This document shows positions 39,612 to 50,000 of a DNA stretch of 64,000 nucleotides, piece after piece. The notes beneath the pieces were generated by a model. That model saw only the letters and a list, made by a program, of their open reading frames with translations, made no database searches and was not told the DNA's origin. The stretch's first letter is position 1. Each line of letters begins with the position of its first letter. Origin of the DNA: an uncultured Acidobacteriaceae bacterium (GTDB lineage: Bacteria > Acidobacteriota > Terriglobia > Terriglobales > Acidobacteriaceae); the NCBI GenBank assembly GCA_963772895.1, contig CAVYZB010000010.1:39670-103669 (forward strand). The letters are read 5' to 3'. The position numbers and the translations under genes are program-made.

Positions 39612-40628
39612 ATGCGCGTTTGCGTAACTGGCGGCACAGGTTTTTTGGGCGCGGCCCTGGTGCGAGACTTGCTGGCCCGCAAAGTTCCCGTCCGGGTTTT
39701 AGCCCGGCCTTCCCAGCGTGCCGATCTGCTGGAAACGCACGGCGCGGAGGTTGTGCGTGGAGGATTGGAAGATGCAGACAGTATCGCCCGAGCGGTTGAT
39801 GGGGTTGACGTTGTCTATCATCTCGCAGCCAAGGTCGATACTCCCGGCAGCAGGGCGGATTTTCTTAAAACCAATTTGAGCGGAACAGAGAGGGTCCTGA
39901 CCGCATGCCTCCGACAAGGGGTTAACCGCGTCGTATATTCCAGTTCACTGGCAGTCTACGGCCCGGTCCGCAACGGCCAGCCAATCGACGAGGCAACTCC
40001 CTACGATGAGTCGCCGCAGCTGCGCGACTTTTATGCCGAGTCGAAAATCCTGGCGGATAAGTTTGCCGTCAGCTTCGCACAAGAAACGGGATTACCGTTA
40101 ACCATCGTCAGGCCCGGCATCGTCTATGGTCCAGGCAAGCAACTTCCGGTGGGCCTGCTGGGATTCACGCTGGGGAAGAGCAACTTCGTATTCGGCAATC
40201 CGAATAACCGCATTCCACTGAACTACGTGGAGAATCTGGTCGATGCGTTGCACCTGGTCGTTCATTCCGCGAGTGATGAGCAACTCCAGCAATTCAATAT
40301 CCTCGATGACGACGAACTCACCCTGGCGAAGTACCACGCGGCGAGAACGGAGGTAGACAAAACGACAACTCATTTTTTCGCAGGTTGGCCGGTGCTTCTT
40401 GCGGCGCCTTTCGCGGAAGCCATCCTGCGAGTGACGCCAAACGGCGGCAGCGTGCGGTTTTCAAGGCACCAACTGAAGCGAGCGCTGCAGGATCGCTGGT
40501 ATGACACGCATCGAATCCGCGAGCAAACCGGCTGGGCACCGAAAGTGCCGCTGAAAGAAGCGCTGTATCGCACATGGAGAAATGGCGCGAATCGTTCAAC
40601 CAAACCTGGACTGGGAGACGGAAGTTAG
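39612..40628 (+). CDS. NAD(P)-dependent epimerase/dehydratase-type extended SDR (3-beta-HSD-like)
   Basis: The protein starts MRVCVTGGTGFLGAALVRDLL and has the catalytic ...YAESKILADK... (YxxxK). It is convergent with the PPTase gene, with a 4-nt overlap. Confidence 0.75.
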   Translation: MRVCVTGGTGFLGAALVRDLLARKVPVRVLARPSQRADLLETHGAEVVRGGLEDADSIARAVDGVDVVYHLAAKVDTPGSRADFLKTNLSGTERVLTACLRQGVNRVVYSSSLAVYGPVRNGQPIDEATPYDESPQLRDFYAESKILADKFAVSFAQETGLPLTIVRPGIVYGPGKQLPVGLLGFTLGKSNFVFGNPNNRIPLNYVENLVDALHLVVHSASDEQLQQFNILDDDELTLAKYHAARTEVDKTTTHFFAGWPVLLAAPFAEAILRVTPNGGSVRFSRHQLKRALQDRWYDTHRIREQTGWAPKVPLKEALYRTWRNGANRSTKPGLGDGS

Positions 40629-41395
40629 GACGCACTAGAGGCAGTAGGAGTCGGGATCTCTAAGAAAATCGGCGGGGCGGGCGAAGGAGAGGCGACTACG
40701 GTTCGCACCAGATCACCCGTATTTTGCCACCACCCATAAAAGGTCTTGCCACCCTCATAAATGACGTGCAGCGGGCGCCAGCTGTTGAAGCTATCGGAGC
40801 GTAACGCGAAGGAAGAGTCTTCTGCGTGGTCTTCGTCTCCCGGCTGCGCCGGACGGCCGGGATGAACTATCACGCTGCGGGTATCGATCCGAAGCCCGGT
40901 CCGCAGCGCTTTCAGGGTGCTTTCCTTTGCACTCCAGAGCAAGGCCAAGAGCTGCGGGCGATCGGACGCGCGCGTCCTCTCAATTAAGGCTCGCTCTCCA
41001 TTCGTGAAGTAGTCGGCAATAAATGCATCGCTACGGGTCTCGATCACTTCCAGATCGCAACCTAGTTCCGTATTCGACGACGCGATGGCACATGCAGCAA
41101 CACCGGCGCGGTGGCTGAGCGAAATGGTAATCGCCGCTGGTTTGTTCGCCACAAAAACTTCTGGCGCGCCGGACGCCGCCGGCCGTACCTCGATATCCGC
41201 AAGGGCACGCGGATGGCTGGGGAGCTTCCAGTAAATCGCCAGCGCGCGTTTCCCCGTCCATCGGCCCAACCGCCAGTCGGCGTGGCGCTTGGCGAAACGC
41301 ATACCGTCCAGTCGAGTCGCTTCGCTGGCGCTTAACCAATCACTCTCCGACGGTACTTCGGCTTCGGTCTGTTCGAGCCAATACAGGTCCATCAT
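40625..41395 (-). CDS. 4'-phosphopantetheinyl transferase, Sfp/PfaE type
   Basis: A 256-aa protein with ...ISLSHRAGVAACAI...GCDLEVIE...LWSAKESTLKALRTGL... (PPTase motifs 2 and 3). Its start overlaps the carboxylase stop (ATGA at 41392-41395). Confidence 0.8.
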   Translation of the reverse strand: MMDLYWLEQTEAEVPSESDWLSASEATRLDGMRFAKRHADWRLGRWTGKRALAIYWKLPSHPRALADIEVRPAASGAPEVFVANKPAAITISLSHRAGVAACAIASSNTELGCDLEVIETRSDAFIADYFTNGERALIERTRASDRPQLLALLWSAKESTLKALRTGLRIDTRSVIVHPGRPAQPGDEDHAEDSSFALRSDSFNSWRPLHVIYEGGKTFYGWWQNTGDLVRTVVASPSPAPPIFLEIPTPTASSAS

Positions 41396-44300
41396 GCTTG
41401 TCCGATGCCAGAGATCATGAGTATCTCCTCAACGGGCGCCTCTTTCCGTAAATGACTTCCGGCTTGTACCTCCCTGACTACCGACTCCTCCGTCTTTCTC
41501 ATGCCGCGTTCGACGGCATCGATGAGGTATGGGCGAAGACTTGCCGGCGGAATAATACGATTCAGAGCACCTACCCTGAGCGCCCGATGCACACTATGTA
41601 CGCGATCGAACTCCTCAGCCATCTCACCCAGCTTCTCCGAGTGTACGACTTTGAAAAGTTCGTTCCATTCAGCGCGCAGCCGGGCCTTCTCCTTGCCGTC
41701 GGCCTTAGCCATTGCTTGGGTCAGCGCTTCCACTCGCTCGTCCTTACGGGCCCGGGATTCGACCTCGCTGGAAAACACGACGGCCGCCGCGGGTGCGCCA
41801 CCAATGACAGAAGCGTAAGTTCCCTCCAACGCTACTACCTCGAGCTGCTCGTTCAGCGCCCGCGAGAAAACTACATACGCGCCCCCGTGATAGCGGGAGA
41901 TCACGCAAAAGATCATGGGGCCTTTGAAGTTGACCACGGCCCGCCCAATCTGCGCGCCGTACTCAAGCTGTAGCTTGCGCATCGACTCGGGCGATCCGTC
42001 AAACCCCGACAGATTGGCCAGAATAACTACTGGCCGATTATTGCTGGCCGCATTGATCGCTCGAGCCAACTTCTTGGAGGAGAGAGGAAAGAGCGTCCCA
42101 GCACTCCATTGGTCGGGTCCATCTGCCGGGACAAATCCTAAGCGGGGGACCTGCTTGGATTCGATGCCGATGAGGCAAACCGGATAGCCGCCGAGATGGG
42201 CATCCCAAACCACTGCAGTTTCGGCGCCCCGCATGCCGGGCCAGCGTTCCAGTGGACAAAGATCCTGGTCTACAACTGCCCGCATCACGCTGCGAATGTC
42301 GAAGGACTTCTTCCGCCCGGCGTTGGTGTCGTCGGAGAAAATCTCGCCCACTCGAGCGAAACCGTTGTCAGAACCGGTGCCGTGCGGGTATGTCTGCACA
42401 TCGCGGTCAATGGGGTCGTTGGTGGCGGACCGCCGCGGGAATCGCTCGCCCGGCGCTACGTAGGTGTGCTCATAATGGCGCAAAAGAATGTGGCAGGCTT
42501 GATCGATGTCGCGCGCCCAATACTGCGCCTGGCCGTTGATGCCCATGATGCGATCGTACCCGCCGATACCTTCGTTGTCTTCGGCCGAGACGCTGCCCGA
42601 GTAGTCAAGGGCACGCTTGCCGGTGAGCACCATTGCCGCTTTCGGCGTCATGATCAGAATGCCGCGGGTATGCATGAGCATGGTCGCTTCGGCGTTCCAA
42701 TAGGGCTGTGCTCCGACGTTGATCCCGTTGATCACCAGATTCACTTCGCCGCCTGCCTGCGTGAACTCGACCAGGCGACGCAGGACGCGGGCAATCCAGT
42801 CCATGTTTTCCACGCCGCTTTCCATCGAGATCTTCGCGCCGGCCGAGATCGGAAACCACTCCAGCGGAACGCGCATCTGCTCGGCAAGATCCAGGGCTGC
42901 AAGGATGCGCCGGCATTCGGGTTCAGCGAGTGCGCCCAGATCGCCGCTCGGATCGCCTAACAGCAACACCCTCGTCATGCCCTCGGGATACTTGGCGGTA
43001 AAGTTGCGGATGACGCCAACGATGATGTTGGATTTATTTTGTCCCGGCGCACGATCGACCGGTATCAGACGACCTTCTGAATCAAGATCGTGCTCCAGAA
43101 AATCGCCGGGGGGGAATTCCGCGCGAGTATTCTCGCGGGCAGGCGTCAGCATTTTGATGATTTCGTAGGGATAGATGAGTCCCCGCCGGCGCATTCGAAC
43201 TACCTTCTGGTTGTACTCGGTCAACGGTTTCATCAGTTGTAGCGTGCTAAGCGGCCGGAAGGTCATAAGCAGGCCCGCGTCGCCGGGCGCCGAAATGCGC
43301 ATCACCATATCGCGCAATTCGCCGGTCTGCGGATTGGGAATACAAGCGCGGACTACCACTTGTTCTAAACCCAGGCCATCCGTCGACGAGGCCAGTTTGT
43401 GTGCAATATCGTTTAGTTCATCCGGTTTGAGGTCGAAAACCGGCCAAACGTAAAGAAAGATCCGATTCCAGTAGAGACGCTCGTGAGCGGCGCGCCGCGA
43501 CTGGAACAGCCGGATGCCCGCTACTGCTTCAGCAAACATGCGCTCCAAGTGCGGCAGTTGCACGATGCGACCTGTATCGTCCCGTACCGGAGTTAAGTCG
43601 CGGACTTCCGCAACCGCAAACAGCCGCTCGTCTTTGGGATTTTCTTTGGCCCTGGCATGCAGGAGATATACGTCTTCAACCGACGGCAGCCGCTCAACGG
43701 TAAAGTTCTTCAAGCGCCACAGATGTAACCGTTCGGCCATCATCGGATGGACTCCGCGGAATAGCTTTTCTTCTTCAAAAGCATTGCCGGAAAACTGATA
43801 AGTGAAATGCTGCATGCCAGCTATGCCTTCACCACAGCCTGGACCAGAGATTGCCACCACGATCCGCTGAATGGGGCGAGGGAAGCAAGCCTGGTTAAGC
43901 CTCGAGCAAACTTCCTGCTGTGTGACCTCTTGCTCAGCCAACGAACCCGACTTCCAAAGATAGAGATCGATAACAATGTCGTGCTCGGCCGGCACGTCCC
44001 CTATGCTAGGACACATTGCCTGTATCGCTTCCGCGAGCCGATCGTAATCAGCGTGGGCGGCCAGGACGTGGACGCGCCTGCCATCCTTCACATATTCCGC
44101 CGATACACAGGAGTTTCCATTCGCCGGCAAAGGGCGAAAGTTCATGAGTGATTGCCCACGATAATATCGAGACGTAACCACTTCCAGCATCAAGCGGCGC
44201 AACTCGGGGTCCGCGGTGGCAAAGCGGCCCGAGAAGAGGCTCGCCAGTGGTTGCGGACATTCGATCAACGCACTAACTCTCTCGTGCCGGTCCGCGGCTT

Positions 44301-47044
44301 CCGGGTTGGCGGCGAGATAGGCGAGATGATCTTCGGCTTGCGCATAGATCTGTTTACGTGACTGCTCAAACAGCGCCTGCTCGAAGCACCGATAGCGCAG
44401 CTCGCGGGCGAGATGGCAGATGGAGGGAAAAGGCGCGCGGGTGATGGCAATGATCCGGTCCAGCAATAAACGGAACGAGCTCGTCGGCGTGCGTCGCAAG
44501 GCTGTCAACGCGTATCAGACGCCGTTCCAGCAAAGCCAGAATAGGCGCCACTTGCCGCTCGACCCGTTGATGCGACTTGTAGATCCAGAGCAAGCTCTCT
44601 TCCAGTTCGGGCGAGCGGTCCAGCGTCTTCACGCCATAATGAGCGAGGGTGCGCCGGAGCGCGTCCATAAACGCAGGCGGAAGTCCTTCGCCGTGCGTTT
44701 CCAGCATGCGCGAATAAGAAAACAGGTACGCCTCGGTGCTAGGCTCTTCACCACCGGCGGGACCGTGCACGCTCGGCTTCCGGCGAAACAGAGAACATAC
44801 ATCCACAAAAATGTTGAGGATCTCATCTTCGCGGCGGACTAATTCGTCGCTGTCCGCTGCGGCTTCATGGAACTGACTCCATTGCGCGAACAGCCGCGCC
44901 GTCTGGGTCGGGTCCGCGTCGAAACCCAGCATGAGGTGCCGCAGTTCTTCCAAATCTTGCCGCCAGCGAGGTTGATTACAAGGTTCGTTCGTGGTCGGCG
45001 TCTCATCAAACACCACCCGCTGCGTTGTTGCCGACGGCTGGTCATCCGCGGTGGCTTCGATTTGCACCAGTGCATCGCCGGCCGCTACCTGCACGTGCGG
45101 TATCGTCATTACTTGCCGCACTTTTCCGGAAAACGGCGCCACAACCGCCATCTCCATTTTCATTGCTTCCAACACAGCCAAGGTATCGCCGACGGTGACC
45201 GTATCGCCCGGCTTTACGGCGATGGATACGACCACCGACGGGCCTGGCGCGCGCACCACTCCACCGTCATCTCGATTGATCGAGTGCGACACGCCGTCCA
45301 CTTCGATCCGGTAATTTACTCCTTGGACTACAGAAACGAGGTGGAAGCGGCGCCCGAAGGCGGTGAGCCAATATTCAAACTTGCCCAGGGGGTGGATGAG
45401 AGCTTCGATGCATGATCCATCCACTTCTACGCGGTACTGATGGGGGCCGAGGCAACAAATCCTGAGAGAGTAGCCTTGTCCTCGATAGCGCAGTTCCACG
45501 GTTCGGCCCAGCTCATTCCGAACGTGTGGGCGTCCGCGGACGGCTGAAGCGTAGAACTGCGACTGTTCCACCGCCAACTCGGTGGAGTAGGCCTCGATCG
45601 CGGCCTGCACCAGCGCCACCTGCGCGTGACGCCTGGAACAGTGCTCGCCGTTCGCCGCCAGACGGTCCAGCCATCCGATATCAACTTCGGCTCGCTGTAC
45701 ATCGGGGCGGTTCACCAGGTCCAACAGGAACGCCTTGTTACTGGCTCCGCCTTTGATGACGACAACGCTTTCGCGCAGCACCCGCTGCAGCCTGGAAAGA
45801 GCTTCCTTCCGGTTCTGCCCGTAGGTGATGATCTTGGCGATCATGGAGTCGAACTCCGGTGGGATAGCATCACCCACGGCCACACCGGTATCAATGCGCA
45901 CTCCGGGGCCGGTGGCAAGCCTGAACCGTTCAATCACACCCGGAGCGGGAGCGAATCCGTTTTCCGGATCCTCGGCGTTCAGCCGCACCTCAATCGCGTG
46001 ACCGGTGGTCCGGGGAGGATCGCCTTCCAGACGTCCGCCGCGTGCGACGTGAATCTGAAGCTTGACGAGGTCGAATCCGGTGGTGCGTTCGGTCACTGGA
46101 TGTTCGACTTGCAACCGGGTATTCATCTCCATAAAGGAGAAGCGGTGGCTTTCCGGTTGATACAGGAATTCAACGGTACCGGCGTTGTAATATCCTGCCG
46201 CCTGGCTCAAGCGTACAGCGGCCTCGCGGAGCGCCTGATCTTGCAGGATAGTAAGCGCGGGCGAGGGCGCTTCTTCAAGGACTTTCTGGTGGCGGCGTTG
46301 AATGGTACAGTCACGCACTCCGACCGCCCACGTGGTCCCGTACTGATCGGCGATGACCTGCACCTCAACGTGACGTGCCCCCAAAACCAGTTGCTCCATG
46401 AAAACGGTGGCATTGCCGAAGGCCTTGAAGGCTTCCGCGCGCGCACCTTCAAAGGAAGTCAGGAGTTGGGCCGCGGAGTTCACGCGACGAATGCCGTGAC
46501 CACCGCCTCCCGCGGTGGCCTTAATCAGGAGCGGATAGCCAAGGCGCTCGGCATGACGCTTTGCGTCAGCGAAGGTTTCCACCGACCCGCCGCTCCAGGG
46601 CGCTACCGGTATCTGGGCCTGCTCGGCCAGAAGTTTCGAGGCAATCTTGTCGCCCAGACGGCGCATAACATCACCATCCGGGCCGATGAACACGATACCG
46701 AGCTTGCGGCAAAGGTCTGCGAACTCGGGGTGCTCCGCGACAAAACCCCATCCCACCCAGACCGCCTCCGCGCGGGCTGCCGTCAACGTCCGTTCGAGCA
46801 AGTCATAATCGACGTAACTGCTCTTGGGATGGCCCGTGACCGGGTCCTTGAGGAAAGCGGCACCGAGAGACACCGCTTCGTCGGCCTCGCAAACGAACAT
46901 AGCGTGGCGATCGGGCTCAGTGTAGAGCGCAATGGTACACAACGATGTGCCGTTCTCTTGATTGAACTCGCGTGCCGCATGTATGAAGCGCATCGCGGCT
47001 TCGCCGCGATTGACAATGGCGACGCGTTGAAATTCGTGCTGCAT
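41392..47044 (-). CDS. single-chain multidomain biotin-dependent acyl-CoA carboxylase (BC - BCCP - central region - CT), frame-disrupted near 44468-44482
   Basis: ORF 44366..47044 carries biotin carboxylase (VAIVNRGEAAMRFIHAARE..., ...PLLIKATAGGGGHGIRRV...) and a biotinyl domain (...LAVLEAMKMEMAV...). ORF 41392..44508 carries the carboxyltransferase domain and has no proper start (TTG right after an in-frame TGA). The junction ...THADELV|RLLLDRIIAIT... is restored by removing 1 nt. The span is 5653 nt (3n+1). Confidence 0.85.
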
Positions 47045-47083
47045 AAAGTCTCCTCAACCGACCGGCCAGATCAATTGCATTGA

Positions 47084-50000
47084 CTACGCCATGACGGCGT
47101 GCAGTGTTTTGAAGGCTTCAGCATTGAGGCCGTCAGGCATCGCCGCCGTACGGTAGCCGAAGAGCCGCAGGTAGCAATTCCCTTTCGCGTCCACGACCTC
47201 GGCATCGAAGCTTGCTTGGTTCGGATTGGGAGTGACGACCGCATACAACTGGCTCTCCGCCAAAGCTGGCGCACGCAAAAAGGAAACTTCGTGAACCGCC
47301 AGTGGCAGACCAAACCGGTTTTGCATACTCATTTCCCAGAGGCCGGCAGTCTGGAAGCAGAGCTCGATCAGCCGTGGCGCCATAAGCGTCGGCTGGTCGG
47401 ATGGCCGGTGGCTTCCCGGAAGGCCTTTAGCCATCGCTCCAACTATCTGTTTTCCATCCCACCAAGCCCGCTCCAGGACTTGGTAAGCCGGTCCGTGGAA
47501 ATAGACGCGATAAATATCAGCAGCTTCGATGAACGAGTCAGCCGACGTCTGCGGCGTCTTCCCGGTTACAGGTGTCGGTGTCTGTTTCGAAAGCCGCACG
47601 CGGGCGGTGAAGTGAACGGTTTCTTGCGGCTCCGGGTGGTTGGGTAAGGTGCGCCGCCCGATGAGTCGGCAATCTGCGACCAAGCTGTCACCTTGCGGGC
47701 GGTACGCGGCTTGCACGGTCACCGTGCGCGGCTCATCGCGGTAGAACTTGAACGGCGACAGGAAATTCACCTCTTCCACCGCCTCGACATGCCAACCGGG
47801 AAGCACGCATAAGGCGGCTTCCGCGAAGCCTTCGATTCCCATGACACCCGGCAGTACTGGCGTGCCGTCGATGCGATGATCGTACAAGAACGGTTGGAGC
47901 TTCGGATCGAGGGTCGTCTCCATCGTCAGGCCGCTGTGAACGCCCATTCCTGTGACCTTGCCGACCATGGGCCCCTGCGCCGGTGTTTGCTTTCCGGCAA
48001 CGGCTGCAAATGCGTCAGTGTCGAGCCCGCCTGTGCAATCCCACTCGCCCAGCAGAACGCCAAGACGCTGACCAACTACAACCTCACCCCGCGTACCTCC
48101 CGATGTTAGTTCGCGGCGAATCCAAGGAATTCCCGCTTCAGGTGGCAGCATGTCGATGCCCGCCAGCTCCATCATCTTCGGGATGGAGCCGCGCGTTGCC
48201 ATTCCGATACCGCCCCACGCCGACCAGTCAAGGGCAATGCCACGCGTCAGTGGCCGCGTCGTGCGGAAGCTCGACGTGATCTTGCACAACAGATCGTTGG
48301 CTGAGCTGTAGTCCGTCTGCCCGCCATTGCCAAACCGTCCTGCAACCGAACTAAATGCTACAGTCGCTCCTAGCGGCATGTCGCCGATGGCCCGCAGCAG
48401 ATTGAACCAGCCGTCGCTCTTCACGTCGAAGACAAGATCGAATTCGCGTGGATCCTTGTCCGGCAGGAAGTGACTGCGCTCGATTCCCGCAGCGTGCAGC
48501 AGCACATCAATGCGGCCGTTGCGCTGACGCACTTGGTTGACGATATTGACCACCGCAGCCGTATCCGTAAGGTTGACGCTGAAGTAGTGCGCTGTCCCCC
48601 CCGCAGCGCGCACCGCGTCGATGGCGCTGTTGGCGGCATGCGCCCGCTCCAGTGCGGCCAGCTCCTTTTCGACCAGCGCCGGAGTGGCCCGCTCGCCGCG
48701 CGCCTGGATGCGCGCGAACAGATCGCGCTTCAGGCCATCTTTATCGGTCACAAAGCGCGCGAGGTCGGGATTATTCGGATCGGGTTCAGGCACCAGATCA
48801 AGCAAGTAGAACGTGCCACCAGAAGCTGCCGCCAAGTCAGCGGTGATAGCCGAGACGATACTTCCCGCCGCGCCAGTGATGAGAAAGACAGTCTCTGTGT
48901 TCAGAGTCAGGCCGGGCTGTCCATCGGCTACGGGCTGTTCTCGCAGGCCAACTGTCCAGCGCTGGCCGTCCTTGTAGCCAACTTCGACTACTCCAGGGTC
49001 GCGCAGAGTTTCCTCAACAAGCAGTTCGGCAACCTCTGACGTCTTGGATTCGGCCTCGAAATCGACCGCCTTGACAAGGGCGTCGAGTCGTTCCCGCTTA
49101 TAAGTTTTGGTAAAGCCAGTTACCGCGCCACCGAGCGGCGCAAGCGCTCCTGCCTCGTCGTATCCATGCTGCCCGCCCAGTCTCGTGGCGGATACCAGGA
49201 ATGTGCCCGGTTGTGCGACTTGGTCGAACAGAACCCGCATGGTGGTATAAAGCAATTTCACTCGTATCTGCAGCGCCTCATGCCATGCAGGCAAATCCAT
49301 CGTGCTGATTGATCCTTCGTAATCCAGCGCTGGAAGCCAATAGACTCCTTGCACCGGACCGGAGGCCAGCCAGCCTTGGAGGCGTTTGGCCAGCGTATCT
49401 GGATCGCGCGCGTCCTCGATCGCGAGGACTTCGACTCCCTTTGCCTGTAGCTGTAGGGTCAATGCCTTCGCCACCCCGCCTTTGTCGGGCATGATTACCA
49501 CACGGCAACCCGCGCCAAGTTTTACGCCAGTGGGTTTGCACAGGTTAAGCGGCGGCCGCAAGTTGGGCACCGGTACCCGACGTGGAATGGCATCTGCCGC
49601 ATCGAAGTTCGCGACTGGCGGCCGTGCAAGCTTAGCCGCTGCCACAGCAGGTGTTGCCGAAACGGCTGCGACCGACACTGCTATCCGCCGCCGGTCCTGT
49701 GCGAATTGAATAACATGGGCCAGGGTCGGGAATTCGCGCAGCTTGAGATTCTCATCACGCGGGATGTTATATGCCGCTCGAATGGCAGCGAACATCTCCG
49801 CCTGCTTGACGGTGTCGATGCCGAGGTCCGCTTCGAGATCAAGATCGAGGTCGAGCATGTCCTTGGGATAGCCGGTCTTCTCCGCTACGATGTCGAGCAC
49901 CTTCTCCTTAATGGAGTCATCCGTAACCGTCGCGGGCACGACAGCGGCCGGCTCCGGAACGGTTGGTTCAGCGATAGCTGACGACGCCTCAGGCTTGCCC

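Noticed and set aside
44366-44508. The 143-nt overlap read as a genuine boundary between separate BC-BCCP and CT subunit genes.
   Set aside because: The CT ORF begins with TTG immediately after a TGA in its frame, without an RBS. The upstream ORF tail after the junction is Pro/His/Arg-rich junk. A 1-nt correction gives a continuous sensible sequence.
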